Assembly (NCBI GenBank): GCA_032718475.1
Contig: JAUCBJ010004241.1
Span: 15,619 to 79,618, forward strand
DNA from: Nemertoderma westbladi
Lineage: Eukaryota; Animalia; Xenacoelomorpha
Reading direction: 5' to 3'
Length of the DNA: 64,000 nucleotides
In this document: piece after piece, positions 50,700 through 62,485 of the stretch
Layout of the letters: the number at the start of each line of letters is the position of its first letter
Numbering within the stretch: position 1 is the stretch's first letter
The notes under the pieces: generated by a model
Seen by the model: the letters and a program-made list of their open reading frames with translations, nothing else
What the model was told of the DNA's origin: nothing
Databases searched by the model: none
Translations under genes and position numbers: made by a program

Positions 50700-52183
50700 A
50701 CATCTAGGGACTCCCCAACGTAACAGCGTCTGGAGTGGGTGTGTGACTATATTATTTTATATTTGTTCTTATTATTTTATATTTATGTATGTATTATTAT
50801 GTAATTTTATTATAATCGTTTTCTTTAATTTTATTTAGTAGAATGTTATTTTAGCGATTATTTAGTAGATTAGTGCCATATATATTCGCGTTTATTACTT
50901 AATTACTTATATATTATATATTTAGTGCGACGGCGAGAAATAATTATTTTTCTCTTTCCTTACTGTCCGTATTACATTATAAAAACGTGACTACAGTAAG
51001 ATGAAATATCCGTACTTATTAAAGTACAATAAAGCTCCTACTATATTCAAGTATTATTGGTAAGTAGAGTATTAAGAATGCAAAATTCAGATCCTCGTGT
51101 CTCGGCTAAACGAAGCTCTGGGTAGACCTTGGAAACGACTTGCCTCTTCTCACTGACATTGCTTCTTGCGATATTGCTCTCATACCGTATATTAAATAAT
51201 ACATATAGTAGCGTGATGTCCCTTTAACAGTAGCGTATAACGCAAAATAAATCTGTTAAACCCTTTGACCATCTGTAATTCTAGTCGATTAAGATATTGC
51301 GGCACCCACCGATATACTTGAAAGACAAAATTCTAGAATCAGTGGTTAACGTCCCCAATGCTCTGGAATAAAATTGTGTCTATTTAACATTAAATAATAA
51401 AATTTACGGGAATAAATTCTAATTCATCTCTTTTAATGAATTTGATAAATTGTCATTTTATACAATTTGTAACATTCCCAAAATTCCATTAATTAATAGA
51501 TCATGGGAGCGGAGATTCACCCTATTAAGTGTATTAGTGTGCGAGAATCTCCAATATCTCCGATAAAATTCATAAAATCATGTATAAAGGGGATATTGAC
51601 AATTAAAGAATTACTATTAAATAGCATCCCAGATCTGTATGCATGAGAATTACCCTAATTCTACTGCTAGCTTTCCATAATGTCACCATAGCAACAACCA
51701 CGCTAGAATTAGAAGTGAGTTAAAAGAACAATAGAAAGCTTGCCCCATTGAATAGCATAGGGAATAAATAGCACACTGCTAGTATCCAAGGATGCATAAT
51801 AATAACGTGGCATTCTGGAAGGCACTGACTAACGGACAAATGGCCCGAATGTGTACAATTTGTGACAGTTGTGTGGAATTTGTGCGTTTATAGGTGAATG
51901 TTACTACTAAAGTGTGTTTACAGTAGCGAGTCGCAATTGTGAAAGTAGCCCTAACTCTGCCGTAAGAACCTGAAGTAAATCTAAGCCTTTGGGACGGACA
52001 GTGGAGTGACTTGTGCCGGTTATCGTTGTCGTTGTGTAGCTACTACGTTGGCAAAAAACACAGCGATGACGGTACATTGGCGCTGAGGATCTTGCACTGT
52101 CCGGGGGCCGAGAGGGGTAGGCAGCAACGCCCGCTAGCCTAATTATAAACTTATTATAATATTAATAAACTCATATAGCAGAT

Positions 52184-55100
52184 ATGACTGAGTTGATAGA
52201 AGATGATCTTGGTATCAGGGAGCGATATACTCTACCTTTACAAGCGTTTGTTGATAGCTTGATACGCGGCGACGCTAGTCCAACTACTACGGAGGACGAT
52301 GGTCGTTATATCGAACCGCCAATGTCCCAGGAGCAACTTACGCGTGAATTGGACTATAGAAAATTCACCGCTCGCTATACGCATCATAATGGTACGTATA
52401 TGGACTTCTTAACTACTGGCCATCCTATCGATCTACACGATACGGACGATGTAGACACTGAAAGGGAAATGGTTTTATTTAAATATCATACCCAGCGGAG
52501 TCGGAACGATAAACCAAGAATAGAACATGAGAATTCTATTCGGAACCGACTCGAAAGAGAAGACGTTGAAGAGCTGGATAAACGCAGCGACTTCAACAAT
52601 TATCTGGAATTCCTGAGAGAAACATATCTCAATATTGCCAGTCAACAAAATCTAGAAACTCGATATCCTCAAGGTATACATAATGACCCTATGATAGAAC
52701 TCAAACGGCTCTATTTCACTATGATGTATCTTACCGCTGATCGACCGCTACCTGTCGTTACAAGATAGCTTCGAACAGATGGAGGAATATTGTAAAACTG
52801 GAGAACGATCACCCGCGTTTCCCCTGCAGGACGTGCATCTTTGGTATTACTGCGACGAATGCCCTAGACCCAATCAGCAAACGGAAAGACATAAACATCC
52901 GCGGAGACGTTGCGCTAAACACAGTTTTACACAATATACTTATGGGAGTTTCGAGCGAAACCTGTTCGACGTATCACCTACGCTCGCTCGACTCAAACGA
53001 TCCTTAAATAAACCAATGATCAGAGTTCCGGAATACTTGGTCAGACCTCCTCATTCCTCAGTGAGACCTCAAACGCTTGATCCTAATAGTATAACGGATC
53101 CCCCTGAACTGTACTCACTATTTAAAGATCTTGTGTTACCCGAACAATTAATCGGTGGCACTCCGGTAGTGGGCTCGCTAGATATTCGCCCATCCTATCT
53201 AGCCGGATTGGGACGCGGTCATCTAATATCGCCGTTTAACCCGTACAACCGTCCAGGTTTAACCCCGATACAACCCATTACCGAAGTCGAAGAGAGCGTT
53301 GTACGAAACACGTTAGACGCTATTCGGCAGAAGATCGGAAAAGGAACTTACGATTGTTTAGAGAAACGCAAATTGCAGCAACAAGTCCAAGCGGTGAAAG
53401 AATTAGCTTTACCCCAGTTCGATAGAGAAATCCAGAACCTCGAGGAAGACATCGAACGTGGACGAACCTATTCTCTACAAGAGTTCATAGACGAGCATTT
53501 ACAACAACAAGCGGAGGAAAATCAGCTCAAGGAGAAACACATAGAAATGGATGAGAGAGAAGAAGCAGCTTTAGCCCAGCCAGAAGCTCAAATCCTTATG
53601 ACGGATCTCTATTCTAAAACCATCATCCATCCTTCGATGGTTCCCCATTTCGGAGACAAACTCTTCGCCACGGCACAGCCTCAACCGGTTGATATCAACC
53701 TAAGATCTCGAGATCTTATCGCTGATGCTCCCATGTTGCAACGTCCGCCAATCGAGGCTGCTCGTGTCGATGGTATACTCGTTGAACCTCCGGACAATAG
53801 AGCGGATCTTGTCCGTCGTATGGTACACGATGTTAACATACGCGCTAGACCTTTGCCGAACTCGTTTTATGGGATCAAAGATTACCCTTATTATGTCAAT
53901 CTAACGCAATATTACATGGTAAAACCGGAAGATCCTACACATAGTCTGAGGTTTCTACCACTAATAAATCCTCTCGATCTTGTCGAACTCGAACAACTGC
54001 AGAAACATCTGGATCAGTTAGTGAAAGTAAACTCATTCTGAAAACCCTATAATGTTTCCAGAATAGAGAAAGATACAATACCTTGATAATCTTGATGGAT
54101 TTATCAAAACTCGATTAGTCCACTGGAATCTCGACGTGTTATTCGAGGAGGAAAGAATACAACGATATGGAGATGTAGAAACATATACTACATAGTATTT
54201 GAAGTATAGAGATCTACCTAATGCTAGCGAATGCGCCACCTTGTGGCATCCAGTGGGAATGACTCTAGAAAACGCCACTAAAGAGTGGAATGAGACTCTT
54301 AACGTTATTGAGATGTATGGTGTTGTCACTTACGATAACGAAGGTAGCGTTCCGGTTGGAGAACTGGGAACTACGCGCATGATACATATACGAGGACTAG
54401 CTGGTTCTACCCACGTATTTACTCTAGCGTGTTCCGATGTGATTGATTATTCTTTTGAGACCCTTACCGAGATACAAAAGAAACTCCGACATGGACAATT
54501 CGAACTCGCGCAGCGTTACGTCACCGACACCGAGCGCAAACCGGCCATGGGTATCGATGGATCGATGTTACCCCAGCCCGTGCTCGAGATGTTGTTTAAC
54601 GAAAGAATCCTTAAAATCGGCTCAGCTGTTTATGGAGATCTCCAAAACGACTTTCGGAACATGGAGAACATTCCATACCCTTTCGTCGATACTCAGCTGA
54701 TTGCTCCCTGGGCAGAAGGCCGAGATTTCTTCTGCACTATGTATGCCAATACACCCAGCGGCATTACTAAAGTACAACGAACCTCCATCGGACATCTTGC
54801 CTTTCAAGAATACGGATGGAATTTCAAGGTTGGAAATCCTATCAACTACCAACAAGTATATGGAGATCATTATTCTCGATTATACTTTGACGGACCATTG
54901 ACCGCACCTGGCGCCGTGTATAGCTTTATGAGTGTTCCACTTCGTCCCTCCTTAGCTATATATACGATCTTTGAAAACGCCGCACTTGCCGGTTGGCTAG
55001 CCGATGTGTGCAGTCGTAATATACGCGCCCATCCCTTAATACTTGGAACCAAACTCGCCAAGCTAGATGAACACAATAAATTCATCCGCTTTGAATGTTT

Positions 55101-56436
55101 CAGGCGCTTTCTGACTCCGTTCCGTAACGTTGATAGTCAGTTCAAGGACCGCGCTCTGACCAAGCTCAGCCTAAGAGACTCAGCTGCTGAGAAGTTAGAC
55201 AGCGTGGGATTTGCCCTTTTCAAGGACGTTTGTATACAGAACTTACATTCATCTGTTATACAAAGACCTCGAATACCCACGGGTTATTCTATCGTGGACG
55301 TTCAGACAGTGGGTTCGCTTGAGGAGACAGCCGCACCTACCTCAGCTATGCAATTGGAAGACGAACCAATATGCTTAGAATCTGAGGAGATTCAGCCTAC
55401 AGCGCCCCGGAGCAGCGATAACGACTACGTCTTGGAATGGTATCAAGGTCCACAATGTCTCACTGCATACGATTATCGGCACGCCAACTATGTTTCTCGA
55501 AAACGTTGCCGATTATGCGCATCGAGAGATCATTTCACCCCTATGGACTCAGACGTACCCTGCTCCTATTTCCATGAACAACCGATGATGGAGATCTATT
55601 GTGCGTATTGCAGACTCAATAACTCGCACATTTTCGCAGTCTGCCCCCAATTTATGACTCAATGCCATCATTGTCAACTTAAAGGACATGCCAGTTTTGA
55701 TTGCCCTTTTAACCGCGATCTGGAAAACGTAGATGAGATGATTACCCTGCGCTACATCCGAGCTTGGGAAGCGAATGCGGATTTACATTGTGAGTCACGC
55801 CATCGCTATTACCCTGGACGCGCCTACGAAGGAGTTTACGCGTTCCATCCTTATCTATTCGCGTCTGTTGAACAAAAATCGCGCACACCGAGTTACGAAC
55901 TAATGAAGCGTATTGGTGAGTGTATTTCCACCAAATTTGTTCGTAAATATCTCAGGAACATCAATCCTAACGATATTAATTCATACAATTTGACCAATTT
56001 CATCCGTCAAGACCCGGAGTATGGCGATTTGTTCATCAACTCGCATCCTGAGTTACAGGAAGTACATCGACGGCCCTACGAATATCGAGCCCGAGAACGC
56101 AAACTGGAAAGAACCATTAAACCGAGGAAGTTTCTCACCACTCACGGTCCACCTACCGCTATCGTTCAGACGACTCGTCAGGGACCAGTAGGAGCTGCTG
56201 TCCTAAGACGCGCTCTAAAGGCCTTTAGACCTCGCTCCACTGAAGTTGATATCGATCAACCAGGTACCTCGACCGGTGGATACACCGACCGTAATCCTAA
56301 ACCTTCTGATGCAATTGTATTGCACCCTTCACCCAGGAGTTATAGCCCTCCTAGTAAAGTGGCTCGCCCCAAAGAGAAAAGGACTCTTTCTAGCCTCAAA
56401 AAACTGCATAAACGCCATCCGCGCAAGAAAGACTAA
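52184..56436 (+). pseudogene. ~1,400-aa accessory ORF: putative DEDD 3'-5' exonuclease (WRN/EXD-like) + zinc knuckles + basic tail; disrupted
   Basis: ORF pieces 52184-52768, 52779-54041, 54199-56436 join by frameshifts (~52760, ~54040) and TAG stops (54064, 54193); VVTYDNEG, LPQPVLEMLFNERILKIGSAVYGDL, FVDTQLIA, SIGHLAFQEYG, PL..SLAIYTIFEN; CHHCQLKGHASFDC knuckle. Confidence 0.75.
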
Positions 56437-56513
56437 CTGTTTAGAGTATTTTTATATTTTAGAAACTGTGATTTTTATATTTTATAGAATTAAATCCCAT
56501 TTTCTGGGAGCGG

Positions 56514-57720
56514 TGTAAAGGCTTTTGCGGAATTAGCTGGTTATTTTCCCCGCAAAGTACTCTGTAGGTGTTTTATCGGACATAAAAAGCCGTTTTCTTA
56601 CTGTACAGGTGTTTTAGTGGACATAAAAAGCCATTTCTTCTGTATGTGTACTTTAGCGGACATAACTAGCAATTTTATGCCGCAATGCACCAAATACTCT
56701 TAGTACAGTGTATTGCAGATGACGACATCTATCAGCTGAGATGTCGACGTGTAGCTTTTGGCTTTCTTTGTTCAGGCTCACTCACTCGACCAATCAGAGC
56801 AATTTTCATTTTATTTGTACAGAAGCCTCCGGGAAATCGCGCAATGCATTATGGTTTATGTTTACCTTTTTTCCTGATGCCAGAACTTATTCTGTGTTTC
56901 AGACTTTAGCCAAACATTAGAACGGCTTTGATCATAGAAACGTATAACTGTTATCAACACAATACATACTCAATTCATATCAACTCAAAACAAACTGGCA
57001 TACAGCCCATATCATACTATACATACCTTTCACCGCATTATTTTACTGCTATTTACTGTCGGTTATTAATTGTATCAGTTGATGGAATATTGTTATATTT
57101 GGAGAATATCGATAAATAATCATAAAACCCCAATCTTCTTGATATACTGAAGGTGTGAGACCGGTTACATATACCAATTGCGACTTACATTATAGTGGTT
57201 TTGGAGTGAATTTAATGCTATTTCATAGGCCCTACATGTGTCGGTTGCTGTTCTCTTTATGTGTGACTAAAATTAGTGAAGGTCGGCAGATCAGTGTGCA
57301 GCAGTGTTCGGTAGTGTGCATGAGTGTGATAGATAACAAAGCATCTCCTAAAGAATGCGCTTTATACGTGAATCAATAGCCATCCCGTTGTGTTTAGTGT
57401 AAGTCATAACTCTGTTTACATACTTAGAGCGCCACGTCCTAAAGGAACTGTTAATATTTCCCGAAAGTGAATAATATTTGTCAGAGATTATATATTAACG
57501 ATCAATCGAATAATACAGTAGGCCTACACCGCAATAAGGTCAGAGCTTCCGAATCCAGTCTCCCGGGTAAATCCAGCGGGTGAATGGTCGCGCATAGGCT
57601 GGCTTCGGCTAATGTAGTTTTATGTGTATCAAATACTCGTCATAGGCTAAAGTCGATTTATAACCTAGAAGACACCTAAATTTGGCAGGTTAAACTGCTA
57701 AAGGTCTAAAAGCGCGAACA
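56514..57720 (+). repeat. 3' LTR of element 2 (1207 bp)
   Basis: Preceded by GGGAGCGG PPT; ends AAAAGCGCGAACA; followed by TSD TTAGC. Confidence 0.97.
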
Positions 57721-57780
57721 TTAGCCTTTATTGTTTAGTCTTTATTCTAGAATAAAGACTTATTAAAAAAAAAGGACTAT

Positions 57781-58021
57781 TATTCGATAAAAAAAGTAAG
57801 CGGAAAAAACCGCTTTTTTTCACTCATTCTCAATTTAGCGAAATTCGACTATTCTGTCCGAGTGTTTGAGTTCTACAAGAGTTGGGATGTTCTTAGCACG
57901 AGCGAAGCGAGTGGTAAAATGCCAACGAGTGGAAAACTCAACACACGAGGACAGAATATCTGAATTTCGCTCAAGAAAATGAGTGGAAAATAGTGTTTTC
58001 CGTTACGTTTTTATATCGAAT
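57781..58021. repeat. Imperfect ~240-bp foldback (MITE-like)
   Basis: ATTCGATA...CACTCATT...GCGAAATTC...TATTCTGTCC arms mirrored around CACGAGCGAAGCGAGTG. Confidence 0.7.
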
Positions 58022-58104
58022 TTATTGTTTTATTTGAAAAAAATATCACCTGCGTTATCAATGTTTACGACGTATAATATTACTATATTTTAATACGAAA
58101 TCTC

Positions 58105-58654
58105 AAATAAATATAAATAGCTAGCTGTACAGTAAGCTACCCGACAAGCCTCGTTAGTAAATAAATATAAATAGCTAGCTGTACAGTAAGCTACCCGACA
58201 AGCCTCGTTAGTAAATAAATATATATAGCTAGCTGTACAGTAAGCTACCCGACAAGCCTCGTTAGTAAATAAATATAAATAGCTAGCTGTACAGTAAGCT
58301 ACCCGACAAGCCTCGTTAGTAAATAAATATATATAGCTAGCTGTACAGTAAGCTACCCGACAAGCCTCGTTAGTAAATAAATATAAATAGCTAGCTGTAC
58401 AGTAAGCTACCCGACAAGCCTCGTTAGTAAATAAATATATATAGCTAGCTGTACAGTAAGCTACCCGACAAGCCTCGTTAGTAAATAAATATATATAGCT
58501 AGCTGTACAGTAAGCTACCCGACAAGCCTCGTTAGTAAATAAATATATATAGCTAGCTGTACAGTAAGCTACCCGACAAGCCTCGTTAGTAAATAAATAT
58601 AAATAGCTAGCTGTACAGTAAGCTACCCGACAAGCCTCGTTAGTAAATAAATAA
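58105..58654. repeat. 54-bp tandem repeat (~10 units)
   Basis: AAATAAATATAWATAGCTAGCTGTACAGTAAGCTACCCGACAAGCCTCGTTAGT repeated. Confidence 0.96.
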
Positions 58655-58910
58655 ACGATATGGGTAAATAAATACTAAAGTGAAATTATCTAAATAATTT
58701 GGTAATCTGATACCGGTAATTATATTATTATATTTTAACTAAATGACCTCCACCTTAAGATAAACAATCGTTAACAAAGTGAAGTAAAGTTCATGAATGT
58801 GAAACACCAAGAATATCGGAGGCAACCCGAAGGCTCCTTCCTATCTCCCTTTGTTGTTACCTGTGAGGCTGGGATGGTTCAACACTAACTCCCATCGTCG
58901 AATACTCTCA

Positions 58911-59864
58911 CTATTCAACCCTTTTCTTTACAGCCCCAGGCTCCAGCATATACATGGTCCCTATTTCAGCTGGGTCGGCGGAAGAGGATATTTGTTCCGA
59001 TATTAGTTCAGATATTTGTTCATCTTGGCGGTTCCATTTCTGAGGCTCGAACTCTCGACCTTCAGGATGAAAGACAAACGATCTAACAACTTGGATAACC
59101 TGAACCTTCCCCCTTGTTGAGGGGGTTGCATTTTGATAAGGATCTTTCGGTTGGAAGACAGATAGATTAGCCTTCTGAACAACCTTAACCTTTCTCTCGG
59201 TGGTGGAGAGGGTTGAATTTTGATGAAGGATTGTACCAACCAAGATAAAGACAGAAACTGCAAGTGCAACACACAAACACACTTCCAGGTAAAAATAAAA
59301 TAAATATGTGCTGAACATAAATAAACAAATGACAACTGTAAAGAATTCCAATGGATGGTTTTTAACATAAGAAACATAACTGAATTTAACTCGAATATTC
59401 AACCGCCTACAACTATCGGCGTTTTCGATGCAGGAAATAATGGAATTGTTATTACGTATAAACTTTATCAATTCTTGTTTAATATTAACTCCATCTTTGC
59501 CGGCGCCGAGTATAACATTGCAATCTTGGTAATTTCTTTCTCTCCAATATTTGATAGCTTCTAGGACCACTGATTTACATTCTCCAATACATAAGCCATT
59601 TAAATCTATGATTGAATGTGTCTGGGGTATTGTGCGACAAGCATCAAATAGCTGTCGATTTGCGTCATCCATACATTTATTCTCCTTGCTATATAGACGG
59701 TATAATTTTACCTTGGCTATCGGTGAGAAGGTGTTGGTATACTCCATATAGTAAGCATGTCGCTTGTCATTATGTTCACGGTAAAATTCAATCGCTGATT
59801 TTTTTTCGCGCGATATTTGATTAATATAATCTGGTTGTTCTGGTTCGTCAAATATAAATACCAT
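58911..59864 (-). CDS. DUF1771-Smr-like protein with transmembrane helices and C-terminal extension (paralog 2)
   Basis: Clear paralog of 31557-32243 (SAIEFYR, IIDLNGL.IGECKSVV.EA.KY, IKQELIKFIR, HPL); MDDANRQLF DUF1771-like; ATG at 59864. Confidence 0.65.
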   Translation of the reverse strand: MVFIFDEPEQPDYINQISREKKSAIEFYREHNDKRHAYYMEYTNTFSPIAKVKLYRLYSKENKCMDDANRQLFDACRTIPQTHSIIDLNGLCIGECKSVVLEAIKYWRERNYQDCNVILGAGKDGVNIKQELIKFIRNNNSIISCIENADSCRRLNIRVKFSYVSYVKNHPLEFFTVVICLFMFSTYLFYFYLEVCLCVALAVSVFILVGTILHQNSTLSTTERKVKVVQKANLSVFQPKDPYQNATPSTRGKVQVIQVVRSFVFHPEGREFEPQKWNRQDEQISELISEQISSSADPAEIGTMYMLEPGAVKKRVE

Positions 59865-60009
59865 CTTGAAAATTATTGTTCCAGTTTTCGAATTCAATTG
59901 TCAATTTATATTATATATAAATTTAATAACTTTGAATGAAAGTCCTATTAATTAACTTAATATACTTAATATATTAACTTTGAAAGTCCTCAGGAAGTCT
60001 CTGATCGGA

Positions 60010-60652
60010 TGAGCATAAGCTCAAAGGATGGTATGCTTGAGCATGTGCACGACTTCTGTTACCTGGGATCATGGATCCGGAAGTCAGGTGTAGTCAGGTT
60101 GTAGGCGAAGTCAGGATACGTAAGTGAAAGGCATGGGCAGCCTTGAATAGGCTTTCCAGGATTTGGAAGTCACATAGAATTAATCGGAAACTTAAGGTCC
60201 GATTATTTAGAGCAGCAGTAGTTCCAGTACTCCTCTATGGGAGTCCATGCTGGGCTGTAACTGCTGAGGACACCAAATCTCTGGATGGCACATTCACAAT
60301 AATGCTACGCCGGGTTCACGGTGTCAAGTACAATGCACACATCTCCAACCAGACACTATATAACATTGGAGGCGTCTCATTGGTTCCCCCAAGCTTGACA
60401 CTAGAACAAAATCGCCTCCGCTTTGCAGGACATTGCTTTTCGCCGTGAGGACCAGCCAGTGCATAATCTTGTGCTTTGGCGGCCTCATGGAGTGAATAAG
60501 CATGGTGGAGAGCCGCCTTGAAGGTGCGGATGATCTAGAAAATTTACGGGTGATAGGGAGTTGTGGCGGCGCAATTTTGTCAACAAGCGGGCACAGCATT
60601 CTTAGAAATGCAGCTGCAATGCAGCATGTCGATCCTAGTAGTAGTAGTAGTA
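60010..60652 (+). mobile_element. 5'-truncated degenerate RTE-like LINE with (TAG)n tail
   Basis: DFCYLGSWI, LSRIWKS, KVRLFRAAVVPVLLYGSPCW, RLRFAGHCF motifs of the post-RT region. Confidence 0.85.
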
Positions 60653-61842
60653 TTATATAGACAGTAGATATTATTGCATTTATAATTTGTATGTAAACGT
60701 ATGGCAATAGACAATCCCCATGTGAACTTTACAATTGAATACCATACTAACTGCTGTTATATTCTTCTCCTATTTCACAGTGCTAAGTTACTTGCAAAGT
60801 CATTCAGAAAACTGAACTACACCAGAGGCAGGCTATTCTAACCAAAACACTAAACGGTCAAGTTAACAATACATGGAAATGAGTACAGTAGGTTACAAAA
60901 TCTGGATTTCCTAACCAAAGCATTAAACGATTCCTTTATCAATACAAGGAAACGATCAAGTTACAGATGACTGATTTTCTAACTAAAACAATAAACGATA
61001 TCGTATTCAATTGAGGGAGAGGAGCAGGTTACAGAGTAGGCTATTTAAAATGTAGGTAACAATAAATACCTAAATTCTAAAATTAGTCAATTTATTAGCT
61101 ATTTCTTTTCCGACATATCACAGCATCAGTAGGCCTACGTATTGCAGATTGACTATACAAATACGAAGTGGGGCCTTTGCGCAGCACGTGACATAAACTT
61201 AAGTTAAGAATTATTAGAAAAATATATCCAGATTTCCCCTAATCACTTTACTACCTAGAGGAAGAATGGGTAGACTGTACTAACTCTGTTTAACAACAAA
61301 AACTGTATAAACTGAGGTCTAGAATACCAGGTATCAATCAGGAAGAAAAGATAATAAACATTAAAATGGAATGGAATGGAATGGTGGGAAGTTTTAATTT
61401 CAGACATTTCTAAAATGTTACCATTACAACGGTTGACTAGAGAACTGCCGATTAGCGTCCCCACAAAGACACAACCCGTGGAGAGTCTATCACACATATC
61501 TGTCAAGTTTCAGCATGAACGGATATCACGTTCGTGGGGCCTTTGCGCAGCATAGCAGCACTCGTTACTGGTACCCCTATGCTAAGGCTTCGCTCACTTC
61601 GTGGCTCGCCCAGATTTTCCCTTTCAGACATTTCACCCTATGGTGGCAGACTGGACCAACTGGAGAACAACAGACCGATCACCTTCCCCACAAAATGTGT
61701 AAAAAAACATATATACCGACAGACAGACATGAGGTGGAAATGTGGTACCCAATTTCTAAGTTCTAAACGTACATAATGAGTGATTTAAACGGACATTAAA
61801 ATTTATTCTGAAAAATACACTAAAAAACCTACTCCTATTCGT

Positions 61843-61873
<31 letters not shown>

Positions 61874-61904
61874 GAACAGAAGACATTCGAATTCGCAAGG
61901 GGAG

Positions 61905-62485
61905 GGCATGGGCCGCATCCAGGATTTGGAAGTCACATAACTGCATAAAGATAAGTAAAGATCACCTCCCGGGACTCCCCTCCTTCACTATTGAAAACGC
62001 TTGATCTTTACTTTCTAATATGTACCAAAATCGTTACATTCTAACATAAATATAAGTCAGAAACTTCGACTATTTAGAGCAGCAGTAGAACCTGTTCTCC
62101 TACTGTATATCCGGAGTCCATGCTGGGCTCTAACTGTTGAGGATACCAAATCTCTGGATGGCACTTATACAAAAATTAGGTGCAAGTGCACTGGTGCAAG
62201 TGCACTGGTGCAAGTGCACTGGTGCAAGTGCACTGGTGCAAGTGCACTGATGCAAGTGCACTGGTGCAAGGCAACTTTCACCCTGTGGACCAGCCTGTGC
62301 ACAATCTTGTGCTTCGCGAGTCTCATGGATAAAATATGCAAAGTGGAAAGCTCATTACTTTCTTTAGACGCCTCTTAAAGGACACTGGCCTCGCGAAAGT
62401 CACATGTGGGATAGGGAGTTGTGGAGGTGCCATTTTTGTCGACAAGTTTATACCGGTAGCATTCTAATGTACGCTGCATTACAAC
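61905..62485 (+). mobile_element. More degraded copy of the same RTE-like LINE, containing a 14-bp tandem (GGTGCAAGTGCACT, ~6 copies, 62179-62270)
   Basis: CCAGGATTTGGAAGTCACATA, TATTTAGAGCAGCAGTAG and AAATCTCTGGATGGCAC shared with 60150-60290. Confidence 0.75.

Larger units (their letters stand above)
39479..57720 (+). mobile_element. Full-length 18.2-kb BEL/Pao LTR retrotransposon with accessory ORF (element 2)
   Basis: LTRs 39479-40698 and 56514-57720; TSD TTAGC at 39474-39478 and 57721-57725; gag-PR-RT-RH-IN order with BEL/Pao motifs. Confidence 0.97.

Noticed and set aside
52184-56436. env gene
   Set aside because: No signal peptide, transmembrane anchor or fusion-protein cysteine pattern; has knuckles and a basic tail instead
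61430-61740. Possible Helentron/Helitron-like fragment (CAGACAGAC, AAGTTTCA motifs)
   Set aside because: No clear termini or second copy in the window; too weak to call
61843-61870. Long poly-G/poly-C runs as functional G-quadruplex sites
   Set aside because: Mostly embedded in MITE arms, and homopolymer length is unreliable in assemblies
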